NCBI GenBank assembly: GCA_947629485.1
Contig: CANRDX010000001.1
Coordinates: forward strand, 6,663-70,662
Direction: 5' to 3'
DNA length: 64,000 nucleotides
From: an uncultured Clostridia bacterium
GTDB lineage: Bacteria; Bacillota; Clostridia; Christensenellales; Borkfalkiaceae
Of this stretch, positions 54,637 to 64,000 are shown piece after piece. The notes beneath the pieces are model-generated. The model did not search any database and was not told the DNA's origin. It saw nothing but the letters and a program-made list of their open reading frames with translations. How positions within the stretch are numbered: the first letter of the stretch is position 1; every line of letters begins with the position of its first letter. A program made the position numbers and the translations under genes.

Positions 54637-55302
54637 TCAGCGCTTCTCCCGTTCTCCGAAGATCGCCGTTCCGAGACGGATCATGTTGGCACCATGTCCG
54701 AGACACAGCTCCCAATCTCCGCTCATGCCCATCGAGAGATAGCGGACATGGGGTCGGCCTTTTTTCGTCTCGTCGAAGAGGGCGCGCATCTTTTTTATCA
54801 GCGGGATAAGCTCGGCGTCCTCTTTTTTTGCGGGCAGCATCGCCATATACCCCACGGGGCGGAGTGCGGGAAGCGAAGCGGCGCGCGAGAAAGCCTCGGC
54901 GCCCTCTTCCAACGAATATCCGCCCTTCGTCGCTTCGCCGCCGATGTTGATCTGGATGAGGATATCCTGCACGACGCCCAAAGCGACGGCGCGGCGGGAG
55001 ATCTCGCAGACCACCTCGTCGCGGTCGGCGGAGTGGATGAGGGAGACGTTTCCGACGAGATACTTCACCTTGTTGGTCTGCAAATGCCCGATGAAGTGCC
55101 GTTCCGCCCCCGAGATATGAGGATATTTTTCGAGAAGCTCCTGCACGTGGTTCTCTCCGACGGCAACGATCCCCGCGTCTATGGCGCGCTGCACTTCTTC
55201 CGCGGTGCGCGTCTTGGTCGCCGCGACGAGGACGACGGGTTCGCCGAACGCGTTCCCCCGCGCGATCTTTTGCAAAATTTCCTTCACGTTCGATTCGATC
55301 AT
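54637..55302 (-). CDS. yggS: YggS-family pyridoxal phosphate homeostasis protein
   Basis: VAATKTRTAEEV (PLP lysine), VGENHVQE and HFIGHLQTNK. Start placed at ATG 55302. Confidence 0.9.
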   Translation of the reverse strand: MIESNVKEILQKIARGNAFGEPVVLVAATKTRTAEEVQRAIDAGIVAVGENHVQELLEKYPHISGAERHFIGHLQTNKVKYLVGNVSLIHSADRDEVVCEISRRAVALGVVQDILIQINIGGEATKGGYSLEEGAEAFSRAASLPALRPVGYMAMLPAKKEDAELIPLIKKMRALFDETKKGRPHVRYLSMGMSGDWELCLGHGANMIRLGTAIFGEREKR

Positions 55303-55534
55303 AACAAGCGTATTATAGCACTTTCTGCGGCGCAAGGCAAGCGGCGCGCCGCCTTCTTCCCGTTTTGCCCGCAGAGCGCGGCAAAATATTTTCTCGGAAA
55401 ATCGCGGCGGGCGGCGAAATCCTTTGACAAACGCCTCAAAGTATGATATTCTTATTGTCGACGCACGCGAGGAATTGCGTTCTCCCCGCACTTCTTGGCG
55501 CGACGTGACGATTTCCATAGGAGGATAAACGCAA

Positions 55535-55789
55535 ATGGAAAAGAGTGAAATCATCGCGAAGTTTGCTTCTCACGAAGGGGATACGGGTTCTCCCGAGGTC
55601 CAGATCGCGCTTCTCACCGAACGCATCAACCACCTCAACGAGCACCTCAAACTTCATAAGCACGACAATCATTCGAGAAGAGGGCTTCTCAAAATGGTCG
55701 GTCGCCGCCGCGGTCTTTTGGATTATCTCAAAGCCAAAGATATCGAGCGTTACCGTGCCGTTGTTGCCGCGTTGGAACTTCGTAAGTAA
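55535..55789 (+). CDS. rpsO: 30S ribosomal protein S15
   Basis: [45 protein letters not shown]. Confidence 0.96.
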   Translation: MEKSEIIAKFASHEGDTGSPEVQIALLTERINHLNEHLKLHKHDNHSRRGLLKMVGRRRGLLDYLKAKDIERYRAVVAALELRK

Positions 55790-55800
55790 CGGACTGAAAG

Positions 55801-55829
55801 GGGGCGGGCTTTTTCTCCGCCCTTTTTTC
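55801..55829 (+). terminator. Intrinsic terminator/attenuator between rpsO and pnp
   Basis: Stem gggcgg/ccgccc, then tttttt. A second hairpin ggggaaggg/cccttcccc lies at 55833-55857 in the pnp leader. Confidence 0.65.
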
Positions 55830-55956
55830 ATGGGGAAGGGGAAAACGCCCTTCCCCGCGCCGCTCCTCTTTAATGCGGGGAGCGGAAAATCAAGGAAATT
55901 CGCTCCCGCCGTCACGGGACTGCGGGGCAAAGAATAGGAGCAGAAAGGAGAAATTT

Positions 55957-58053
55957 ATGACACAAAATTACAGAGAATTCAAATTCCAGATCGGCGGCAG
56001 AGAAGTCGTCGTCGAAACGGGCAAATATGCCGAACAGACCAACGGAAGCTGCGTCGTCCGCTGCGGCGAGACGGTCGTCATGGTCAACGTCTGCATGTCC
56101 GAAAAGCCCAGAGAGGGAATGGATTTCTTCCCTCTTCAAGTGGACTACGAAGAAAAGATGTTCGCCGTCGGAAAGATCCCCGGCGGATTCAAGAGAAGGG
56201 AGGGAAGGGCGTCGGACAAGGCGATCCTCACCGCCCGCCTCATCGACCGTCCGCTTCGCCCGCTCTTCCCGAAGGGACTTTTCAACGACGTCGTCGTCGT
56301 TGCGACTGCGCTCTCCGTGGAGCCTGACGTCGCTCCCGAGCCTCTCGCGATGGTGGGTTCCTCCGTTGCGCTCGCGATCTCCGATATTCCGTGGGCGGGG
56401 CCTACGGGAAGCGTCGTCGTCGGGCTTGTGAACGGCGAATATGTCATCAATCCCGACGCCGCACAGCGCGAAGCGAGCACCATTCACCTGAACCTTGCCG
56501 GCACCAAAGATGCGATCCTCATGATCGAGGCGGGCGCAGACGAGGTCACGAACGACGAAATGGTGGGCGCGATCATGTTCGGGCACAAGGAGATCGCGAA
56601 GATCTGCGCCTTCATCGAGGACGTCATCGTTCCCGCCGTCGGCAAGCCCAAGCGCGAGATCGAACTCTACCACATTCCCGAAGATATCGACGCCGCGGTG
56701 CGCGCCTTTGCAGACGCGAAGCTCGATTGGGCGCTGGATACCTTCGATCGGCAGGAGCGGCAGGCGCGTCAGGATCAGGTGGACGCCGAGACGCTCGAAC
56801 ACTTCAAGGATATCTATCCCGAAAACGCCCGCGAGATCAAGGACAGCCTCTACTATCTCACCAAAGAGAAGGTGCGCGCGAAGATCTTCGTGAACGGCGT
56901 CCGTCCCGACGGAAGAGGATTGAAAGATATCCGTCCCATCTGGTGCGAGAGGAGCGTTCTTCCCCGCGCGCACGGCAGCGCCGTGTTCACGAGAGGGCAG
57001 ACGCAGACGCTCACGACCTGTACGCTCGACATGCTCGCCGCGGCGCAGAAGCTCGAAGGGCTTGACGACGAGACGGAGAAGCGTTACATGCACCAATACA
57101 ACTTCCCCGGCTACTGCACGGGCGAGGCGAAGGCGCTTCGCAGCCCCGGCCGCCGCGAGATCGGGCACGGCGCTCTTGCAGAGCGCGCGCTCCTTCCCGT
57201 CATTCCGCCCGTAGAGGAATTCCCCTATGCGATCCGTGTCGTCAACGACATTCTCTCCTCCAACGGCTCCTCGTCGATGGCCTCCGTGTGCGGCTCGACG
57301 ATGGCGCTCATGGACGCGGGCGTTCCCATCAAGGCTCCCGTTGCCGGCGTTGCGATGGGGCTTATCAAGGATCAGGCTTCGGGCGAATTCCGCATCCTCA
57401 CCGATATTCAGGGGCTGGAAGATTTCCTCGGCGACATGGACTTCAAGGTAGCGGGGACGCAGAAGGGGATCACGGCGATCCAGATGGATATCAAGATCAA
57501 GGGGATCTCCGAGCAGATCATGCACGCCGCGATCGAGCAGGCGAACGAGGGCAGGCAGTTCATTCTCTCCAAGATGCTCGCATGCGTGCCCGAAGTCGCG
57601 CCCGCGCTCTCGAAGTACGCGCCCCGCATCATCTTCTTCAAGATCGATCCCGAGAAGATCGGCGACGTCGTGGGCAAGCAGGGGAAGGTCATCAACTCCA
57701 TCATTGCCGAGACGGGCACCAAGATCGACATCGAGGACGACGGCACCGTGTGTATCGCCTCCTACGGCGACAGCGCGGCGGCGGAAAAGGCGAAGGCGAT
57801 CGTCGAGAGCATCGTACACGATCCCGAAGTGGGCGATATGTTCATCGGCAGAGTGGTGCGCATTCTCTCCCAGACGGGCGCGTTCGTCGAATTTGCGCCC
57901 GGCAAAGACGGAATGATCCACATCTCCAAGCTCTCGGATAAACGGGTGGACAAGGTCGAAGACGTGCTCTCCCTCGGCGACGTCGTGAAGGTTCGCATCA
58001 TCAAGATCGGCGAGAAGGGGATCGACTTCAAATTGTTGGAAAAGCTTTCTTAA
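55957..58053 (+). CDS. pnp: Polyribonucleotide nucleotidyltransferase (PNPase)
   Basis: Two RNase PH domains, a KH domain (IGDVVGKQGKVI) and an S1 domain (GRVVRILSQTGAFVEF). Start placed at ATG 55957 with AAGGAG upstream. Confidence 0.96.
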   Translation: MTQNYREFKFQIGGREVVVETGKYAEQTNGSCVVRCGETVVMVNVCMSEKPREGMDFFPLQVDYEEKMFAVGKIPGGFKRREGRASDKAILTARLIDRPLRPLFPKGLFNDVVVVATALSVEPDVAPEPLAMVGSSVALAISDIPWAGPTGSVVVGLVNGEYVINPDAAQREASTIHLNLAGTKDAILMIEAGADEVTNDEMVGAIMFGHKEIAKICAFIEDVIVPAVGKPKREIELYHIPEDIDAAVRAFADAKLDWALDTFDRQERQARQDQVDAETLEHFKDIYPENAREIKDSLYYLTKEKVRAKIFVNGVRPDGRGLKDIRPIWCERSVLPRAHGSAVFTRGQTQTLTTCTLDMLAAAQKLEGLDDETEKRYMHQYNFPGYCTGEAKALRSPGRREIGHGALAERALLPVIPPVEEFPYAIRVVNDILSSNGSSSMASVCGSTMALMDAGVPIKAPVAGVAMGLIKDQASGEFRILTDIQGLEDFLGDMDFKVAGTQKGITAIQMDIKIKGISEQIMHAAIEQANEGRQFILSKMLACVPEVAPALSKYAPRIIFFKIDPEKIGDVVGKQGKVINSIIAETGTKIDIEDDGTVCIASYGDSAAAEKAKAIVESIVHDPEVGDMFIGRVVRILSQTGAFVEFAPGKDGMIHISKLSDKRVDKVEDVLSLGDVVKVRIIKIGEKGIDFKLLEKLS

Positions 58054-58066
58054 AGCGTTGCCTTTC

Positions 58067-58100
58067 AAGGAGAGCTTTCCTACGCGGAAAGCTCTCCTTT
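58067..58100 (+). terminator. Strong hairpin after pnp
   Basis: Perfect 14-bp stem aaggagagctttcc/ggaaagctctcctt with loop tacgc. The U-tract is short. Confidence 0.6.
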
Positions 58101-58123
58101 CAAAAGTGATAAAGGAGATAGCA

Positions 58124-61100
58124 ATGAAAAATATAAGGCGTTTTATCCTTGCCTTTCTCGGTGCGCTTTCGCTCTCCCTCCTCGTGCTCGCGGGCTGCGG
58201 CTCGGGCGCGGAGAAGGCGGAGCTGACGCTCGACGCAGACGGCGTCGGCACGCTCACAAAGAGCGAATACACCGTGGAAGTCGGGTCGAATCTCAAAGAT
58301 CTTCTCAAAGATGTCACGCCTCAGGCGCAGAACGGATTCACCTTTGAGGGGTGGTTCAACGGCGATACTCCCATCGGCGACGACGATACCATGCCCGCGG
58401 GCGGGTTGAAACTCACGGCGAAATATCAGACGACTTACACCGTCGCGATCTATAAAGAGACCGCGGCTTTGGGCGTCTATCCCGCTGCGGCGGACGAGCA
58501 AACGACGCACTCCGCAAGATATAAATCTACGGTCACATACGATCTTGCGCCCGTCACGGGCTACGAGCTTGATGTCGCCAAACCCAACGTGCTCTCGGGC
58601 ACGGTCGGCGTAAACACCGTGCTCACCGTCTATTTGAAGCGCGCGAGCTTCCGCGTCGGCTACGAAGTCAACCTTCCCGAAGGGGCAGAGGCGGAAGGCT
58701 CCGTCGAGGCGGCATACGCGCGGTTCGGCACGGAGACCGCGCTCGCGGATGGCAAGGGCTTCCGTGCGCCCGCAAATCTGCGCTTTTTGGGCTGGTCGCT
58801 CACGGCGGACGGCGAAGTGCAGTATCATGCGGGCGACAATTTCCCCGTCAACGGCGATACCAAGCTCTATGCGGTGTGGCAGAAGGGGATCACCGACGTC
58901 TTTGAAATCAGCGACGACGTGCTCTTTCCCTCCACCGAAGAGGGAGAAGAAAACGTCATATATCTGCGCAGAGCGGGCTTTGACGGGGACGTCGCGGGCG
59001 TTCTGAACGACGGACGGTTCTCCTTCAAGGAAGAGGATCGGGAAGTCCTTGCGGGCGCGATCCTTCCCTCCGGCACCCGATTCTTCTACTATAAGGAAAT
59101 CGGAACGGGGACGTTCGCCGCTGCGGACGGCACGGGCGCCTCGCTCCGTTTGGAGCGCGAGAAGGCGTTCCTCACCGAGGACGGCGAAGTGACGGAGGGC
59201 ACCTACTCCGTCGACGAGCTGACGCGCGAATATATCTTCGAGAGCGAAGAGAGCGAATTCCGTTTCCAACTCGGTCTGAGCGGCGGCGACTATGTTTTCT
59301 ATCGCGAGAACGCGGCGCGCGGCCCCGAGCGCGGATTTTATATCTATAAGAATGCCGAGGGCGAGATCGAGGACAACATCCTCTTCCTCGACGGCATGGT
59401 AGACGGCAACGGGATCGCTACCGCCACCGCCTACACGCTCGAAGATGGCACGCTCGTGCCCGTGCGGATGTTCTACTATTCTCTCGATACCGCCGTTGAA
59501 GGGCTATACCATGTCTTTGACGCAGAGGGCGAGCGCCTGTTCGGTCTGCGCCTCGACGCCTATGAGGGCGAGGCGGGCGGCCGGCGGCTCAAAGGCGCTT
59601 TCCGCACCTCCGACGGGTACGAACAGCTCTCCTATGTGCTCTATGACGAGATGTTCTTCTCCGACGATGTGGGGCGCCACTATCTCACGGTAGACGGATT
59701 CGGAAACGGCGCGATCACCCTTCAAAAGACGTCGGGCGGCGGCGAGACCGTCCGCGGGACGTACGTCCTTAAAATGTTCACCTTCAACGAATTCAGCTCC
59801 TACGTCGGGAACTTTACGGGCGGGCAGGAATGGATGGAATTTACGACGGAGGCGGGGCAGAAGCTCCTTCTCTCCGTGCACAGCATCGTCTATAACGCCG
59901 ATCCCTACTATCTCGTCCTCTCCGAGGAGCCTTATATGCAGGATTGGGCGGGTTCTCCCGTCTCCATCTACGGGGAGAACGATATGCACGGCTCCCTTCC
60001 CCAAAACGCGGCGTTCCTCTTCGAGGGCAACGGCGTCGCCTACGTCTATGCGTGGTTCGTCGATACGGGCATCGGAGACAAGGTCTATGAGAACATCGAC
60101 AGCGGCACCGTCGAAGAAGTGGGCGGCGGAGAGTATATCTTTACCAGCTCGTTGTACGGCTTCCACTTCTCCTTCCGCGAGGAAGAAGGTCTCATCGTCG
60201 TCTCCCCGCGCGACATCATAGAACTTACCACGACGGACGGCGCCCTCTCTCTCGACAGCTGGGGCGCGCTGACGTACGGCGGGAAAACGTATCCCTACGG
60301 GGAGTGGACGGTCGAGGCGATCGGAGAGGGCACAAAGGAGATCGAGGGCAAGGAGAACAACCTCTATATCTTCACCTTCGGCGGCGAAACGCACTATGTC
60401 AAGGTCGAAAGCGGCGCGCAAAACGAGCCTGTTTACACGCTGCTCAGCCACCGCGCCGTCTACGACATCGCATTGAAGCAGTATGCGATGCAGCAGCAGG
60501 GCTTCGAGAGGATGTACTTCCCCGACGCGAATTGGGAGACCGCGGCGCAGACAGAGGCGGGCGCGGAGTGCGTGATCGCCCTTCGTCTCACGAGCGGAGC
60601 CGAAGAATTCGTGATCTACGGCACGGCGCATAAATTTACTTCGGACTATCTGTTCCGGAGCGCGATCTCGGAAGAAGATCTGCTCGGGCTTGGCGTTACG
60701 CAGGAGATGATCGACGCGCTTTCGGCGTTCCGCTTCGTTCCCGACGCCGCCGCGGGGCAGCTTCTCGTCAGCGACAGATTCACCCTCACCGCGGAGGGCG
60801 ACACGGGTTCTTTGAAGCTGGACGGCTACGGAAAGGGCGTGTTCACCCCCGAGGGCGGCGCCCCCGTTGCGGGCAGCTACGACTATCTCGCCACGCGGAA
60901 GGACGGCAGCGAGTTCATCCTCTTTACCGAGGAGAACGGCAAAACGCACTATTTCTCCGTCGTGCAGTCGGACGATCCCTACTTTATCGAGAGCGCCGAT
61001 GAGATGGCGGGTCTTCGCTACTACTTCTACACGCTGGATTCGGAGAGCTACGGCATCTACTACGACGCCTACATCGTGATCTTCGGGGACGGCGAACTGT

Positions 61101-64000
61101 GGTACGGCACCGACGCGCGCGGCAACGACGTCTACGGTACCTACACGCCCACCGCCCGCGCCGTCGTCAGCTACCTCGGCATGGATTGGGATGAATATCT
61201 CGTGACGATCTCGGCTGTGGATAGGGACGGGATCTTGCAGACGGAGTCCTTCACCATCATCATGGCGCAGGTTCCTTTCAGCGTGGGCACGGAGTATGTG
61301 TACCGCGAACGGGATGAGGCGCAGGTGCTCAACTATATCGTGGAGGGCGGCGGATATATCCGCGGCAACGGCTACGACGCCGCGACCTATTCTGACGGCG
61401 AGATCGTCTACTATGGCGAGATGAGCCGCGTAGACGTGTACGATAGATCTCCGCTCTACGAAGATTATCGCGCCGAAAACAACTTTGAAAACGGCAAGCA
61501 GATCCTCTTCCACGCCTACTATGCGGAGCGGAACGGGGAGCAGGTGGTCTTCGGATCCTACGAGTCCCTCCTCTTCGATATCATAGACGACGGCGTCGCG
61601 GCGCTCAGAGACGACTATTCGGGCACGTACGCCTACTTCACGCGGGGCGCGCGCAACGAGCAGACGATGTATCTCGACGGACACGGCAACGCCACGCTCT
61701 ACGCGGCGGACGGCTCTGTCACGGAGACGGGCAGCTATGCCCTTGCGCCCGAAGTGGACGAATACACGATGGTGTACAGCGGCACGACGACCTTCCGCTT
61801 CCGCCTCGCCTCCATTTTAGACGTGAACTCGACGTGGCTCATCTACAACAAGATCGAGGACGAGACGGTGTACACGACGGAGGATTGGGCGATCCTTCTT
61901 CTCAGCGGATACGGCTACTACGTCGACGACGAGGGCAACCCTTACTGCGCGATGTATGTGGACGAATGGGGCACGATCACCTACGGGGCTTCCTATTCCT
62001 ACAAGACGGATACGCTCGTTCAGTTCGAGACGCTGGACGGCGACATCACCTTCTTCGATCTCAAAGACGGCTCCTTCTCCATCAACCATGAGGAATTCAT
62101 CGTGCGCGACGGCGTGCTCTACGGCTATCAGGGACCTAAGGAGATCATCGGCGATCTCATCATTCCCGAAGATGTCAGAGTGATCGGCGACTACGCCATG
62201 ATGACGCTCACGAAGATCGGTCCCGCGGACGGCTGGCACACCTCCACCATTCAGCTCAACAACGTGGAGAAGATCGGCAAATATGCCTTTGCGAACATAA
62301 AGACCTTCAACATCGTCTCGCTCTCTTCCGATAAACTGGTCGAGATCGACGACTATGCCTTCTCGTGGCGGGATGTCAACGGCACCGCGGCGGGAGGGAA
62401 CGCGGGCGTGAACGCCCTGCAAAACGTGAACTTCCCCAACGTGAAGCGCGTCGGAAACTACGCCTTCTACGGCGTGCACAGCCTCGGCCTCGGCATGGTG
62501 ACGTTGGGCGCGGTGACGGAGATCGGGGAATATGCCTTCACGCACCCCGCCATGATCTCGGGAGAACGCATGACGCTCGATCTGCGCAGCGTCGATCTCT
62601 CCAAGCTCTCCATCGCCGATACCGCCCTCGTCATTCTCGACCGCAACAACAATCTCAAAGAGATGTTCGGCATCAAAGTGCTCGTGAGCGGGATCGCCGG
62701 GGTCGCATTCCGCGACAGCCTTCCCGAAGGCGCGCGCGAATATGTGGTCGTATCGAGCGACTATACGACGGAAAACGTGTTCGAGGGCAAGGCGATCCTC
62801 GACTTCGAGGGCGGCGTGCTCTACGTGCTCGGGCAGCCCACGGAGAGCGAGGGCATCTTCGCCGCGACGAAGTATTTGTACAACGCGGAAGATAATATTT
62901 GGAGCGAGGGAAGCGGAAGCGCGTTCTACGGCGTAAGTTCCGCGCAGGGCGTGGAATTCATCACGGAGGCGGGCGTTTCTGCGTCGTTCCAATCGACTGC
63001 AACCAGTGTGGAGATCGGCGGGCAGACCTTCCTCTTCACGAGCGCAGAGCATACCATGTCCGTAACAAAGGACGGAGAAACGAGCGAACTTGCGTTCTCG
63101 TTCACCGTGGAAGTGCAGTCGGATATCCTCGGCGGCACAAACGTCGCGCTCCGCTTTGAAGACGTGCGGCTGGACGGCGAACCCGACCTGTACGGCTCGC
63201 CCTACTTCGACGGCGTGCTCACGCTCTATTTCGTCGAGGAAGCGGATCTCGTCAAGGTCACGGTGGATCTCGGCGGCAAGACGGCGGAGAGCGCCGTGAG
63301 CGGCGCCGTGCTTTACAGCGGCGATCAGGCGTACCGCGGCGTGTTTACGAGACCCATTATGGGCGAAGAGGGCGCCTATCTCACGCTCGAACTTGCGAAA
63401 AAGCAGGAGAGCGGGGAATATGTGTTCCTCACGGAGGGCGGCACGAACCGCAACAGCAACGATCCCGAGAACATTTTCTGGACGTTTACCGTGACGGCGG
63501 GGGATCGCCAGACGATATATACCGTGCACATTTCCTCCGAGACTTCCGAACTCGTCGTCGATACGCGCGAGATCTACGCGCAGACCGACGTCTGCGACGC
63601 GGAAAATCTCTACCGCGCCTCCTTCACGGGCGAATCGCTCGAAACGATGGATTCGCTCACGAAGTTTGAAGTCTACGATACAAAATACAGCTATTGGACG
63701 GAACAGCGCGGCATTGCGACGAAGGTAGGGGAAAATACCTTCGAGGTCGCCGTCCACAACCTCTACGAAAACGGCAAGCGGATCTCGCGCGTGTACACCG
63801 TTATATTCCATGCGGCGGCGGGCGGCGCGGCTTCCATCGAGGTCTCCTATAAGGATTATCTGCAATATACCGTGTACACCGCGGGGCGCGATGAACAGAA
63901 GCCGCACTATTCGCTCACCATCCTCGCCAACGAGGAAGGGGAGATCTACGGGCTGACGGGTTCCATCCGAAGCTACGAATGGTCTACCGCAAACGAGTGG
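58124..64000 (+). CDS. Giant surface lipoprotein (more than 1958 aa, 3' end outside the window) with Listeria-Bacteroides-type repeats and a central BspA-type LRR block
   Basis: Not in the ORF track because it has no stop inside the window. The frame starting at ATG 58124 (AAGGAG RBS) contains no listed competing ORF, and all other plus-frame ORFs here are short. N-terminus MKNIRRFILAFLGALSLSLLVLAGCGS (lipobox). GFTFEGWFNG and LRFLGWSLTADG repeat signatures. An LRR_5-like block lies around 62150-62650 (IIPEDVRVIGDYAM..VEKIGKYAFAN..VKRVGNYAFYG..VTEIGEYAFTH). The three long minus-strand ORFs here are antisense shadows. Confidence 0.8.
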   Translation, partial: MKNIRRFILAFLGALSLSLLVLAGCGSGAEKAELTLDADGVGTLTKSEYTVEVGSNLKDLLKDVTPQAQNGFTFEGWFNGDTPIGDDDTMPAGGLKLTAKYQTTYTVAIYKETAALGVYPAAADEQTTHSARYKSTVTYDLAPVTGYELDVAKPNVLSGTVGVNTVLTVYLKRASFRVGYEVNLPEGAEAEGSVEAAYARFGTETALADGKGFRAPANLRFLGWSLTADGEVQYHAGDNFPVNGDTKLYAVWQKGITDVFEISDDVLFPSTEEGEENVIYLRRAGFDGDVAGVLNDGRFSFKEEDREVLAGAILPSGTRFFYYKEIGTGTFAAADGTGASLRLEREKAFLTEDGEVTEGTYSVDELTREYIFESEESEFRFQLGLSGGDYVFYRENAARGPERGFYIYKNAEGEIEDNILFLDGMVDGNGIATATAYTLEDGTLVPVRMFYYSLDTAVEGLYHVFDAEGERLFGLRLDAYEGEAGGRRLKGAFRTSDGYEQLSYVLYDEMFFSDDVGRHYLTVDGFGNGAITLQKTSGGGETVRGTYVLKMFTFNEFSSYVGNFTGGQEWMEFTTEAGQKLLLSVHSIVYNADPYYLVLSEEPYMQDWAGSPVSIYGENDMHGSLPQNAAFLFEGNGVAYVYAWFVDTGIGDKVYENIDSGTVEEVGGGEYIFTSSLYGFHFSFREEEGLIVVSPRDIIELTTTDGALSLDSWGALTYGGKTYPYGEWTVEAIGEGTKEIEGKENNLYIFTFGGETHYVKVESGAQNEPVYTLLSHRAVYDIALKQYAMQQQGFERMYFPDANWETAAQTEAGAECVIALRLTSGAEEFVIYGTAHKFTSDYLFRSAISEEDLLGLGVTQEMIDALSAFRFVPDAAAGQLLVSDRFTLTAEGDTGSLKLDGYGKGVFTPEGGAPVAGSYDYLATRKDGSEFILFTEENGKTHYFSVVQSDDPYFIESADEMAGLRYYFYTLDSESYGIYYDAYIVIFGDGELWYGTDARGNDVYGTYTPTARAVVSYLGMDWDEYLVTISAVDRDGILQTESFTIIMAQVPFSVGTEYVYRERDEAQVLNYIVEGGGYIRGNGYDAATYSDGEIVYYGEMSRVDVYDRSPLYEDYRAENNFENGKQILFHAYYAERNGEQVVFGSYESLLFDIIDDGVAALRDDYSGTYAYFTRGARNEQTMYLDGHGNATLYAADGSVTETGSYALAPEVDEYTMVYSGTTTFRFRLASILDVNSTWLIYNKIEDETVYTTEDWAILLLSGYGYYVDDEGNPYCAMYVDEWGTITYGASYSYKTDTLVQFETLDGDITFFDLKDGSFSINHEEFIVRDGVLYGYQGPKEIIGDLIIPEDVRVIGDYAMMTLTKIGPADGWHTSTIQLNNVEKIGKYAFANIKTFNIVSLSSDKLVEIDDYAFSWRDVNGTAAGGNAGVNALQNVNFPNVKRVGNYAFYGVHSLGLGMVTLGAVTEIGEYAFTHPAMISGERMTLDLRSVDLSKLSIADTALVILDRNNNLKEMFGIKVLVSGIAGVAFRDSLPEGAREYVVVSSDYTTENVFEGKAILDFEGGVLYVLGQPTESEGIFAATKYLYNAEDNIWSEGSGSAFYGVSSAQGVEFITEAGVSASFQSTATSVEIGGQTFLFTSAEHTMSVTKDGETSELAFSFTVEVQSDILGGTNVALRFEDVRLDGEPDLYGSPYFDGVLTLYFVEEADLVKVTVDLGGKTAESAVSGAVLYSGDQAYRGVFTRPIMGEEGAYLTLELAKKQESGEYVFLTEGGTNRNSNDPENIFWTFTVTAGDRQTIYTVHISSETSELVVDTREIYAQTDVCDAENLYRASFTGESLETMDSLTKFEVYDTKYSYWTEQRGIATKVGENTFEVAVHNLYENGKRISRVYTVIFHAAAGGAASIEVSYKDYLQYTVYTAGRDEQKPHYSLTILANEEGEIYGLTGSIRSYEWSTANEW

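Overview
GC-rich (by eye) chromosomal segment from a spore-forming Clostridia-type Firmicute. This is supported by the yqfC-yqfD-phoH-yqfF-ybeY-era-yqzL-recO synteny and by a SCIFF ranthipeptide cassette sitting between yajC and secDF. Most of the window is core housekeeping: mgtE, ansA, upp, ruvCAB, queA-tgt, yajC/secDF, recJ-rel, fba/gap, rpmG-secE-nusG-rplKAJL, pdxST-queH, rpsO-pnp. These genes lie in tight, often overlapping operons with near-consensus sigma-A promoters and clear intrinsic terminators. The accessory content is three very large cell-surface lipoproteins (623 aa, 1406 aa, and more than 1958 aa running off the 3' edge), an ECF sigma factor coupled to a membrane-anchored beta-propeller protein, and a small low-GC XRE/PH-domain islet carrying an in-frame TAG. 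I found no tRNA, rRNA, CRISPR array, transposase, integrase or recognisable defence island. The least explained signal is at the DNA level. At least six intergenic sites carry mosaics of short GC-rich stem-loops built from shared modules, some with compensatory stem substitutions, one as a 202-bp tandem duplication, and two as MITE-like palindromic units inserted inside the ruvC-ruvA operon. Four real genes are absent from the supplied ORF track: SCIFF precursor, yqzL and rpmG (all under 60 codons), and the open-ended giant lipoprotein. Several core proteins have unusual architectures: a lipoprotein-YajC fusion, a RuvX-DUF1292 fusion, SecD/SecF with degenerate motifs, and a short PgpH-like protein. 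Long antisense ORFs throughout the window are GC-driven shadows. All domain assignments come from motif recognition by eye and need HMM confirmation.
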